Positions 24,503 to 33,060 are shown, numbered from the stretch's first letter. The stretch: 38,963 bases of DNA from an uncultured Anaerolineaceae bacterium (GCA_964488755.1 CAZAWS010000001.1:1-38963), one strand, 5' to 3'. Notes: generated by a model from the sequence alone, not told the origin. Numbers and translations are program-made.

Positions 24503-26158
24503 CTAATTTTCTTTAGGTGTATTTAATCGTACTTCTACTTTTTTTAGGTCAAAAGTATTTTTCATTTCTTTGATGGCAGTTTTTAGAACCATATCCATAT
24601 CTAGTGTCTCGCGCAATTTATTTGAGAATTCAGAGACAATTTGGTCTCTATTGGCTTGTTCCCGTGTTTCATCTACGAGCCTAGTATTTTCTATTGCCAG
24701 CCCTACCTGATTGGCAACTTCTGAAATAAGTTCTTTCTCTTTTCCACTCCATTTTTTTATTTTTCTTTTTAATGCGATTTTACCAATTGCTTGCTTTCGG
24801 AGTGAAATTGAGATATTGGCTTCTTCATCATTTTTTTCTATATTCAAACCGTCTCGATTTTTAGCTTGTTTAATACTAAGGGGTGTATACCGAAAGCGGT
24901 GAGATTGTCGCTCTAAATGTGCTTTCCAGCGCAGTTGAGATTGCTTTCCTGTAAGTGTTTCTAGCTGAGAGATATTTTCTTGGGCATTTTCAATGAGCTG
25001 TGCGTTTTGAATAGCTAAGGCAATTTGATTAGCAAGTGTTTGAAAAATCTCAATATCCTGTTGGCTAAATGCCCGTGTTTCAATTGACTGGATATCAAGA
25101 ACGCCGATAACATGCTCTTGAGAAAGAAGCGGGAGCACCATCTCTGAGTGTGTTTCTGGTAAATCGGGATTGTTGAAGAATGTGGCATCTTCACCTACAT
25201 CCAGTGCGATATGAGGACGTTTCTCTGCCGCGGCAACTCCAACAATGCCTTCGCTCCCGACCCGAAGTTGGTGCCCGCGTTTCAGCATTTTTTTACCCCC
25301 ATCGGATGATGCGGCATGCAAAATAGCATATTCGCTCTTATCATCCAATAGAAAAACGCCCGCGTGATAATAATCAAATTTTTCAGAAATTAAAGAAGTC
25401 AAATTATTTAATAGTTCATCTACGTTCTGAAAAACAAGTGCCTGATGAGCCACTTGAGCAATTGTTGTGAGTTGCGATGCGCGGTAATCTAGTGCTTGTG
25501 TTCGTTCATCAATGCGTTTTTCAAGATTTTCTTGTAGCTTTCGGAGCCTTTTATTTGCCTCCTTCAGAGAAATTTCATTTTTTTTGGCTTCTTCAATAGA
25601 TTTTGTTAATAACCTGGTTGTTAGAAAAACAATTGCACCCGTTGTGATACTAAGTACTATAAGAATATTAATATCGGCTGAAAGATTTTTTTCAAAAGAT
25701 GCGTAATCAACAATAAAAACACCAGTTTGTTGGGCATAACCGACAGCACCTATAGTTATTGAAGTTAGAAGTCCGAAAAGAACTGCGCCATATTCTCCTA
25801 AAAAAAGCCCAGCCAAAACAATAGCTGCAGGAAAACCGATAACTACTGGATGATGTATTCCAATTCCATCATACCCAAAAATCATAAAATAGGTCATTGC
25901 GAAAAACACAAAAAACGGAATGATAACTCGTGCAGGAAGTAGGTTGCCTCGATATGTAAAGAAAAAAGTACTTATAATCGCTAAGGAAAGAACACCTAAG
26001 ATTACTTTGTTTGTGTTGGTATGAATTATGCCAGAAGAAATGAAAATGATAATCGCTAAGATAATGGCACTAGAGATTATAAGTATTATCTCGCGAAGAT
26101 ATGTATTATCGGGGCGAGCCTCTTTTCTTTTTTCTTTGGGAGAAGTTTCTTTTATCAT
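24503..26158 (-). CDS. Membrane-anchored GAF sensor paralogue P9 (short class)
   Basis: 551 aa with a polytopic N-terminus and a coiled coil 'LKEANKRLRKLQENLEKRIDERTQALDYRASQL'. The GAF is 'YYHAGVFLLDDKSEYAILHAASSDGGKKML...GIVGVAAA...LPETHSEMVLPLLSQEHVIGVLDIQS'. The tail is 'ISISLRKQAIGKIAL...AIENTRLVDETREQANRDQIVSEFSNKLRETLDMDMVLKTAIKEMKNTF'. Confidence 0.92.
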   Translation of the reverse strand: MIKETSPKEKRKEARPDNTYLREIILIISSAIILAIIIFISSGIIHTNTNKVILGVLSLAIISTFFFTYRGNLLPARVIIPFFVFFAMTYFMIFGYDGIGIHHPVVIGFPAAIVLAGLFLGEYGAVLFGLLTSITIGAVGYAQQTGVFIVDYASFEKNLSADINILIVLSITTGAIVFLTTRLLTKSIEEAKKNEISLKEANKRLRKLQENLEKRIDERTQALDYRASQLTTIAQVAHQALVFQNVDELLNNLTSLISEKFDYYHAGVFLLDDKSEYAILHAASSDGGKKMLKRGHQLRVGSEGIVGVAAAEKRPHIALDVGEDATFFNNPDLPETHSEMVLPLLSQEHVIGVLDIQSIETRAFSQQDIEIFQTLANQIALAIQNAQLIENAQENISQLETLTGKQSQLRWKAHLERQSHRFRYTPLSIKQAKNRDGLNIEKNDEEANISISLRKQAIGKIALKRKIKKWSGKEKELISEVANQVGLAIENTRLVDETREQANRDQIVSEFSNKLRETLDMDMVLKTAIKEMKNTFDLKKVEVRLNTPKEN

Positions 26159-26167
26159 GTTATTTTA

Positions 26168-28093
26168 TTAGGATTGTTGGTCTTCAACATTAAGTTCAAT
26201 AATTGCCTCTGTTGCGCCCAGTGCATTTCCAAGTTCTTTGATTGCAACTTTAAGGATGCCATCAATCGTATTTGATGACCATATTTTGCTGGTAATTTCA
26301 GCAATTAGTCTCTCTTGTAGGGCAACTTGTTGACTGTCTTCGAGAAGGCGAGCATTTTCAAGAGCAATTGCGGCTTGTGTGGCAACCGCTTCTATCCAAT
26401 CGCCATCTTCTGCCGTCCACTCAGCATTTCCCTCAAGCATAATCTCACCGATAACCTGATCTCGTAAAGCTAAGGGAACATTTAGTATTGTGCTTTCCTC
26501 GGTAGATTTCTTGCCCGTTGAAAAACTAAGTTCTCCTTGTGTTTCTAGTTTCTCGGACCAAGCGGCAGAAAGTTGAGCTTGCTGGCTAGCGCGAATTTCT
26601 CTGAGAGCTTGTTGTGATTCTTGAAATAAACGAGCATTTTCGAGCGCAACAGCCACTTGATGCGCCATGCCTTGTAGTGTCTCTACAACATTCTCTCCAA
26701 AAGCGTTTTCCTCTGTAGACTGTGCGTCCAATGCGCCTAAAATGTGTCCGCCAGCAATTAGGGGGAGTGCGATTTCGGAGTGAGTGTGAGGAAGCAAAGG
26801 GTTATTAAAGCGAACGGCTTCGCTCCCAACATCGTGTGCAATATGAGCCTCTCTAGAGCTAATCGCAGAGCTGACCATACTTCCTCCGCCAAGTGAGAGG
26901 CGATGTTTTTTTGCTTTTAATGCAACACCTGCTTCACCAGTAGCCGCTTTTAACTCCGCCCATGAGCTATCAGGCGATATGATAAAAATAGCCGCATAAT
27001 AATAGCCTAGGCGCTCAGTGATTAGATTAACGACTTCGTCAATTAATTCATCTGGATCAAGAATTGAACTTATAGCACGTCCGACATCAGAGGTTGCTTT
27101 AAGTTGTTCTGTGCGTACTTCTATTTCTGCTTCAAGATGGCTTTGTAAGTCATCAAGGCGAGAAACCATACTGTTAAAGTAAATGGATAATTCCCCGATT
27201 TCATCAGGGGCAGTGACGGTTGCTCGCTGTTTCAAATCGCCTTTTTCAATTTGATTAAAGGTTTGTATAAGATCGGCAAGGGGGGTGTACACAGAGCGTG
27301 CAAACAAGGCTGAAAGCAAAAAACCGAAGATTATAATTAGTATAGCAACAACCAACGATTGAATTTGCATAGTCTGTAGCACGGCTGGGTCGTTGGTTTC
27401 TAATGCTTTGGTTGTCTGGTGATACCCGATGGGGGCAATCAAAAGAATACTGGTTACAATTAAAGCGAAAATAACGCTTTGTAGTTTTATAGATATACCA
27501 ACGCCTCTCGTTTTGATATGCTTTCTTTTAGTATCGCGGGGGAGCAGTATTTCGTAAGTGGGTTTAAGAAAATTATCGAGGAGGAGCAAAGATAGGGTTG
27601 AGCTACCTAATATCGCGGCAGAATTTCCAAGAAGGGTATATATAACTTGGTCTTTGTCTGCACCTAATTGGAATATCTGGAAAAGTGTTTCTGGAATAAT
27701 AAAAAAGACGACGGTAAGGGAAAGAAGGATGAGACTATAACGCCAAGCAAGAGAGGTGATCTGGTTCCAAATACTAATATCATCGCGCGTTGTTAACGCG
27801 GGTTCTTTATTATCCCTCCAATCATTAAGCTTTTTACGCACATTACTATATAAAAAGTAGACAATAAGAAGAGCAAGGAGGTTTGTGAGTAAAAGAGCTA
27901 CAGCAATAAATTTTATCGTTGCTATCGACTGCGCTGTTGAAAATTCGGCATTGACATGGATAGAGTAACGCGCAGCTACAACCCCAAAGATAGAAAAAAT
28001 TTGCGTGACGAATATCACAATAATTAGATACCACCCGCCTGTGCGTTGGAGTATTTTGAGATAGGGGGAGTTCTTTTCTGAAGAATTATTCAT
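26168..28093 (-). CDS. Membrane-anchored GAF sensor paralogue P10 (polytopic TM, HAMP, GAF, tail)
   Basis: 641 aa. The HAMP is 'TPLADLIQTFNQIEKGDLKQRATVTAPDEIGELSIYFNSMVSRL'. The GAF is 'YYYAAIFIISPDSSWAELKAATGEAGVAL...LPHTHSEIALPLIAGGHILGALDAQS'. The tail is 'VPLALRDQVIGEIML...ALENARLLEDSQQVALQERLIAEITSKIWSSNTIDGILKVAIKELGNALG'. The start overlaps the P11 stop by 8 nt (ATGAATAA). Confidence 0.92.
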   Translation of the reverse strand: MNNSSEKNSPYLKILQRTGGWYLIIVIFVTQIFSIFGVVAARYSIHVNAEFSTAQSIATIKFIAVALLLTNLLALLIVYFLYSNVRKKLNDWRDNKEPALTTRDDISIWNQITSLAWRYSLILLSLTVVFFIIPETLFQIFQLGADKDQVIYTLLGNSAAILGSSTLSLLLLDNFLKPTYEILLPRDTKRKHIKTRGVGISIKLQSVIFALIVTSILLIAPIGYHQTTKALETNDPAVLQTMQIQSLVVAILIIIFGFLLSALFARSVYTPLADLIQTFNQIEKGDLKQRATVTAPDEIGELSIYFNSMVSRLDDLQSHLEAEIEVRTEQLKATSDVGRAISSILDPDELIDEVVNLITERLGYYYAAIFIISPDSSWAELKAATGEAGVALKAKKHRLSLGGGSMVSSAISSREAHIAHDVGSEAVRFNNPLLPHTHSEIALPLIAGGHILGALDAQSTEENAFGENVVETLQGMAHQVAVALENARLFQESQQALREIRASQQAQLSAAWSEKLETQGELSFSTGKKSTEESTILNVPLALRDQVIGEIMLEGNAEWTAEDGDWIEAVATQAAIALENARLLEDSQQVALQERLIAEITSKIWSSNTIDGILKVAIKELGNALGATEAIIELNVEDQQS

Positions 28094-31000
28094 ATCGGCT
28101 CTTGTTTTCTTGGTTCTTCATCACGGCCATTTTGACCTCAGTGTGCTCTGCCCCAGTAGCTTTCGTTAATTCTTTTGCCGTAGTAGAAAGAATGGTTTGG
28201 ATATTGGTGGAACTACGGATTTTTCCTGTAATTTCATAGAGCACTCGCTCGCGTTCAGCTTGTTTACGAACTCGTTGAACAAGGCGGGTATTTGCGATAA
28301 TTGCTGCCAAACTACCTACAAGTGTTCCGAGCATTTCCTCATCGTGTTCATCGTAGGTGGCGATTTCTTCGCTTTCCACATTTAGAACACCCAATAATTC
28401 TTTTCTAAAAATCAGCGGTATTGCCAATTCAGAGCGTGTGTTTATGCTAACGGGAACATATCGTGGATCAGCACTTGTATCGTCAATTCTTAAGAGTTTT
28501 TGGTTTCTTGCTACCCAGCCAGTTATACCACTTGTTATGGGGACATGAATGAGAGCCTCATCTTCTTCTGAATAGCCAACGGAGGAACTAACTACTAGAT
28601 TTTCCTTTTTTGCGTCTAGCAGAAGTATAGCTACACGATCACCGCCTAAGATAACTTGGATTCCCTGAACGGCACCTCGCAGAGATTCTTTTAGCGTTGT
28701 TCCTGATGCTGCCGAAGTAGTAATATGATGAAGAAGTCGATGCTGAGAAAGATGTTCTTGAGTTTCAGCAAAGAGTTTTGTGTTAATAATAGCAATGGCT
28801 AGTTGATCGGCAAGAATGCTAAGCGTTTGTAAAACTTCTTCATGAAAAGCGTAAGGGGTAACACTCTGAACATCTAAAACGCCAAGAATCCGCTCCCCGA
28901 CTTTGATAGGGATGGCTGCCTCCGCGCGTGTTTCTGGCAATAGTGGATTAGCATAATAAGTTGCATCTTTGCTCGTGTCTTCAATGACAAGATTTTCTCC
29001 ACGGCTAGAAACATAGCCAACAATAGATTTTGAACCGATCCCAAGTTTATGCCCATTTCTTTTTAGTTGCACGCCTGCCTCACCGGTCGCTTCGCGAATG
29101 ACGGCGTATTCACCCAAAGAATCAATAATGAAAACGGAGGCATGATAAAAGTCAAAGCGATCTCGAATCAAAGTAACGGCGTTGCCTAATAACTCATCCA
29201 GATGGAGTGAACTGCTAATATCACGAGCAATCTCAGCCGCACTCTCTAATTGAAGTGCTCTGCGGCGACTATCTTCTAGTAACTGGATATTATGGATAGC
29301 CCCAGATACCTGAGATGCTAAAGTGTTGATAAAGCGGAGTGAGTTCTCATCAAAACTTTGTTCTTTTTCTGTATCTTGTATAATAATTGCTCCAATAACT
29401 TTCCCTTTGACCTTCAATGGAGAGCCAAGCCATGATTTAGCAGACGAGCCTGTCCCGGCTAGCTTTGCGCCTAAGGCGGCGGCACGTTCTTCTGTATTTT
29501 CAACAATCATCAACGATTGCCCTGAGTGAATGATAATAGAAGTAAGCCCTTCACCTAAAGGGAAAGATGCAATGCTCGTAACTTCACCATTTTCGTAAAA
29601 ATAAGGAACATCAATGGTGTCGCTAATATCATCATATAGTGCGACAATAAGGGGATAATCGCCTAAAATTTGGCGTACCTGTTCATGCAGTATCGGATAC
29701 AAAGAATTAAGGTCTTGTGCCGCCGCTGTTGCTTGATTGGTAATTGAAATAGCATCCATTTCAGCTAAGCGTTTTTCTGTTGCTTCCGATGCCCGTATTT
29801 TATCAAGGGAAATTATAACCATCTCGATAAGATTGATATAAGGTTGTATCGCTGTATAGGTCAGGTGCTTTTTGTGTCTTGCGCCTATCATTATTAACGC
29901 TTCTAGATTATTTAGATGCATTATCGGGATCAGCGCGATCACTTCTACGCCCATTTTTCGGGGGACATCAACAAAAGCCCTTGGGAAGGATGTTTGAGTA
30001 TTCAAATCAATAATTTCAATATCTTCTTTTATTGATTTAATAATTGAAACAGGCGATATATCTAGGTACTCAGGTAGCTTAAAGCGTATTATGTCATAAT
30101 CGGGGTCTGACGCGGCGTATATCTTAAATCCATTGTCTTTGGCTGTAAAAAACACCGTACTAAAAGGGGCGTCTTTTAAAATATGACTAGTTGTTTCAAA
30201 CACACCTTCTCGAGTCTTTTCTTGAGCAATTTCTTGACTTGTACGATATAAGCGATCAAGTTCATGGAGATTAACATCTGATGATTCGAATAAGCTGACG
30301 TTTTGGATAGCAGTAGCAATTTGGTTAGAAAGTGTTTGTAATACCGCGATAGTCGCCTCGTCAAAGGCTTCTGGGAATGTGCTTTGTACATCTAGCACGC
30401 CAAGAACAGTCTCGCCAACAGAAATAGGAATGCCAACTTCTGCATGTGTATTCGGCAGAAGCTCATTTTTGAAATGGATAGGATCGTCACCGACATCAGA
30501 TGCGGCACGGTACTGGTTATTCGCGGATACCCAGCCCACGATAGAATTAGACCCAACAGTAAGACGATGCTCGTCTGATAGCATCTTTTTTGCAGAGGGG
30601 CTATGAGCCGCTCGCAAATAGGCTGTTTTGCCCGTTTGTCCTATCATGAAAATCCCCACATGATAGTAGTTTAGTCGTTCTGCGATAAGGCGAGTTGTTT
30701 TTTCGAGTAACTCGTCTAGATTAAAAGTTGCCACAATACTTTGAGCAACATCTGAAGCGGTACGAATATATTCAGTTCGCTCTTCAACCTGCTGTGTGAG
30801 TGAGTTATATAAGGTGGATAATTCCTCAGCCATTTGGTTGAAAGAGTATTCCAGTTTTCCAATTTCATCATAGCGTTCTACAGGGGCACGCTCTTGCAAG
30901 TTGCCCTGTGCAAATTTATGTACCGTTTCAGATAATACTTCTATAGGGGCAATAATCCTCTTGCTTGCAGAGAGAAGAGCGATGCTTAAGAAGAATAAAG

Positions 31001-31976
31001 TAGCTATAAAAAGACCAACTGTAAAGGGAGCAAGTCCCCTTAACTTTCCAAAGGCAATTTTTTTCGGAACCTCAAGAACAACCTGATTACTATTAGATTC
31101 CAGCGGGTGAGCTTGTGCGATAACGTCTACACCAAGATTGTTTTCAAAGGATAATAAAGAGGTTATTGTATCTTCTGTAGAAGTAGGATTTGTTAAAAAT
31201 GAAGAAATCTCACTTCGCTGTTCTTCGGTGGGCGTGAAAGGAGTTAAGTCTTCTACGTGGGGGTCTATCCCTAAATATACATCGTTTGCTGAGATGATAT
31301 AAGCAGTTGCATCGGGGCTGAGAAGCATGGTTTCTTTAAGAAAATTTTCTGTCATTTCGTCATCAGTTACGCCCACCAAAACACCAATATCTTTCCCTGT
31401 GCTAGTAAATAGAGGCGCGATTGTAAAAATAGCAAACTTGTCAGGAAATAGTACGTCTAGTCCATATATCCCCACAGAGCCTTCTTTTTTATTTGTTTGC
31501 TCTAAAAGAAACGGATCTTCAATGACCGTACCTTGCCATGTACTATCCGACCCTGCATAAATAACACCCTCCGGGCTAAGAAGAAAGAAGTCATCAAAGA
31601 GTGGGGTGATTCTTGAATTATTGATTTGCTCAAACCTTTCGTATAATTCTTTTTCGTACTCAGTCGAGCTTTTTTCAGTAAGATTCTCAGCGACACCTTG
31701 AAACTCAGAAATCTGGCTTATGCGCTCCAACCGAATTTCTCTGGTTTTCATAGATTTATCAAATGAGTTCGTTTGATTGTATAAGGTATTATGAATACCA
31801 GATGCGGTTTCTTCTTTCAGAAGGGAATACGCGCCTAAATACCCCACTAGTGCCATAATAGAAACAGGAATTATGGTAAAAAGAAGTAAAGTGATTGTAA
31901 TAGAACGCGCCAGACTTTTTTTGAATTTTGGGTCTTCGGGTACACCTTCTATAGCATGAGATTCTTCGATAGTCAT
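28086..31976 (-). CDS. Membrane-anchored multi-GAF sensor paralogue P11 (TM, Cache-like extracytoplasmic domain, TM, HAMP, about five GAF domains, tail)
   Basis: 1296 aa. Two TM segments, 'ITITLLLFTIIPVSIMALVGYLGAYSLL' and 'FTVGLFIATLFFLSIALLSA', bracket a ~290-aa domain. The HAMP is 'APIEVLSETVHKFAQGNLQERAPVERYDEIGKLEYSFNQMAEEL'. Family-type GAFs are 'YYHVGIFMIGQTGKTAYLRAAHS...LPNTHAEVGIPISVGETVLGVLDVQS' and 'FYHASVFIIDSLGEYAVIREATGEAGVQL...LPETRAEAAIPIKVGERILGVLDVQS', plus three more divergent GAF-like repeats. The tail is 'IPLIFRKELLGVLNV...IIANTRLVQRVRKQAERERVLYEITGKIRSSTNIQTILSTTAKELTKATG'. Confidence 0.93.
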   Translation of the reverse strand: MTIEESHAIEGVPEDPKFKKSLARSITITLLLFTIIPVSIMALVGYLGAYSLLKEETASGIHNTLYNQTNSFDKSMKTREIRLERISQISEFQGVAENLTEKSSTEYEKELYERFEQINNSRITPLFDDFFLLSPEGVIYAGSDSTWQGTVIEDPFLLEQTNKKEGSVGIYGLDVLFPDKFAIFTIAPLFTSTGKDIGVLVGVTDDEMTENFLKETMLLSPDATAYIISANDVYLGIDPHVEDLTPFTPTEEQRSEISSFLTNPTSTEDTITSLLSFENNLGVDVIAQAHPLESNSNQVVLEVPKKIAFGKLRGLAPFTVGLFIATLFFLSIALLSASKRIIAPIEVLSETVHKFAQGNLQERAPVERYDEIGKLEYSFNQMAEELSTLYNSLTQQVEERTEYIRTASDVAQSIVATFNLDELLEKTTRLIAERLNYYHVGIFMIGQTGKTAYLRAAHSPSAKKMLSDEHRLTVGSNSIVGWVSANNQYRAASDVGDDPIHFKNELLPNTHAEVGIPISVGETVLGVLDVQSTFPEAFDEATIAVLQTLSNQIATAIQNVSLFESSDVNLHELDRLYRTSQEIAQEKTREGVFETTSHILKDAPFSTVFFTAKDNGFKIYAASDPDYDIIRFKLPEYLDISPVSIIKSIKEDIEIIDLNTQTSFPRAFVDVPRKMGVEVIALIPIMHLNNLEALIMIGARHKKHLTYTAIQPYINLIEMVIISLDKIRASEATEKRLAEMDAISITNQATAAAQDLNSLYPILHEQVRQILGDYPLIVALYDDISDTIDVPYFYENGEVTSIASFPLGEGLTSIIIHSGQSLMIVENTEERAAALGAKLAGTGSSAKSWLGSPLKVKGKVIGAIIIQDTEKEQSFDENSLRFINTLASQVSGAIHNIQLLEDSRRRALQLESAAEIARDISSSLHLDELLGNAVTLIRDRFDFYHASVFIIDSLGEYAVIREATGEAGVQLKRNGHKLGIGSKSIVGYVSSRGENLVIEDTSKDATYYANPLLPETRAEAAIPIKVGERILGVLDVQSVTPYAFHEEVLQTLSILADQLAIAIINTKLFAETQEHLSQHRLLHHITTSAASGTTLKESLRGAVQGIQVILGGDRVAILLLDAKKENLVVSSSVGYSEEDEALIHVPITSGITGWVARNQKLLRIDDTSADPRYVPVSINTRSELAIPLIFRKELLGVLNVESEEIATYDEHDEEMLGTLVGSLAAIIANTRLVQRVRKQAERERVLYEITGKIRSSTNIQTILSTTAKELTKATGAEHTEVKMAVMKNQENKSRYE

Positions 31977-32002
31977 TCACTACTCCGAAAATAGGGCAAA
32001 AC

Positions 32003-32434
32003 TTAATGCAATTCCCAAACTTCTTCACCTTCTAAAATGCGCTGTATTTGTTCGGGGAAACGATCAGGGTCAAGAGGTTTTCCAAGAAAACCATTAAAAC
32101 CTGCTGCACGAGCTTTTCTAATTTGCTCAGAACTGGCTTCAGCAGTAACAGCAACAATAGTTGTGTCTTTCAAGCGTTCTGATTGTCGAATTTTTTTCAG
32201 CGCGCCATATCCATCTTCGTAAGGTAAACGAATATCCATCAAAACTAAATCGAGTCTGGGGAGTGTATCGGCATACTCCACAACCTCGTAGCCCGATGTT
32301 TTCCATTCGCAATGAATGCCTAAATACCCTAACATTCGTGCGATTAGTACAAAATTAGAAACATTATCTTCAACGACTAAAACAGTCGCATCTTTCATTA
32401 CAGATTCTTCGATGGGGTCAGCATTTGGTATCAT
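32003..32434 (-). CDS. Stand-alone CheY-like response-regulator receiver protein
   Basis: 143 aa: 'VLVVEDNVSNF...LVLMDIRLPYEDG...IVAVTAEA...FLGKP' (acidic pocket, acceptor Asp, Thr, Lys). There is no output domain. AGGA lies 7 nt upstream of the ATG, and the gene ends 26 nt upstream of P11. Confidence 0.93.
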   Translation of the reverse strand: MIPNADPIEESVMKDATVLVVEDNVSNFVLIARMLGYLGIHCEWKTSGYEVVEYADTLPRLDLVLMDIRLPYEDGYGALKKIRQSERLKDTTIVAVTAEASSEQIRKARAAGFNGFLGKPLDPDRFPEQIQRILEGEEVWELH

Positions 32435-32479
32435 AATTTTTTCCTGAGAGATAGTAGTTTTATTGGCAAAATATCAAAA

Positions 32480-32857
32480 TTAGCTTTTTCTATATCGTTC
32501 AATTTGTTCAGTTAGAATATCAATATCAATTGGTTTTTGAATATAACCATCGCATCCCGCCTTTAGCGCACGTTCTTTATCGCCGCGCATAACATTGGCG
32601 GTAACAGCAATAACAGGAATATCCTTATGCTCTTGCTTTTCTTTAATTTTAGCGGTTAAGGTATACCCATCCATATCGGGCATATTAATATCCATCAAGA
32701 TTAAATCAGGAATATCCGTCTCAATTTCTTTAAAAGCTTCTTCAGCTGTGCTTGCCTCAGTCATTTCATATCCTTCGGATTCGAGAACACGGCGAATTAA
32801 AACCCTGTTTTCGAAGTTGTCTTCCACATATAAAATTTTAACGGGCTTTTTTTTCAT
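32480..32857 (-). CDS. Stand-alone CheY-like response-regulator receiver protein (first gene of the cluster)
   Basis: 125 aa: 'ILYVEDNFENR...LILMDINMPDMDG...VIAVTANV...YIQKP'. A strong GAGGAG lies upstream of the ATG. Confidence 0.93.
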   Translation of the reverse strand: MKKKPVKILYVEDNFENRVLIRRVLESEGYEMTEASTAEEAFKEIETDIPDLILMDINMPDMDGYTLTAKIKEKQEHKDIPVIAVTANVMRGDKERALKAGCDGYIQKPIDIDILTEQIERYRKS

Positions 32858-32902
32858 AAATTGCTCCTCAATGCACTTATTTTACCTATGCTTATCATTT
32901 TT

Positions 32903-32930
32903 TACATAACAGCAACCTTGCAAAATTCAA
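32903..32930 (-). promoter_or_regulatory. Candidate sigma70-type promoter for the signalling super-operon
   Basis: On the minus strand the sequence reads TTGAAT (32925-32930), a 16-nt spacer, then TATGTA (32903-32908), ~45 nt upstream of the first receiver ATG. It lies in the AT-rich interval between the terminator at 32979-33021 and the gene. This is a motif match only. Confidence 0.25.
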
Positions 32931-32978
32931 AAACAAAATACACCTAAAATTCTAACACATCCGCGCTTAAATTAATTG

Positions 32979-33021
32979 AAAAAAGAGATAACCACCTTGC
33001 AATATGGTTATCTCTTTTTTT
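32979..33021 (-). terminator. Rho-independent terminator (symmetric A-run/T-run, potentially bidirectional) downstream of the ABC exporter genes
   Basis: A perfect 11-bp stem pairs agagataacca (32984-32994) with tggttatctct (33005-33015) around a 10-nt loop. It is flanked by aaaaa on one side and tttttt on the other, so the minus-strand transcript ends in a U-tract. Confidence 0.7.
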
Positions 33022-33060
33022 GAGGAATTTTACCTTTAGCCAGCGATGGAAGGATAAATA

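Noticed and set aside
7729-31976. The repetitive appearance of the region might reflect a CRISPR or tandem-repeat array, a mobile element, or one giant gene fragmented by frameshifts.
   Set aside because: The repeat units are 1.6-3.9-kb protein-coding genes. Each has its own start, an N-terminal membrane domain and a complete conserved C-terminus. No short direct repeats with spacers, transposase or integrase genes, terminal inverted repeats or in-frame interruptions were seen.
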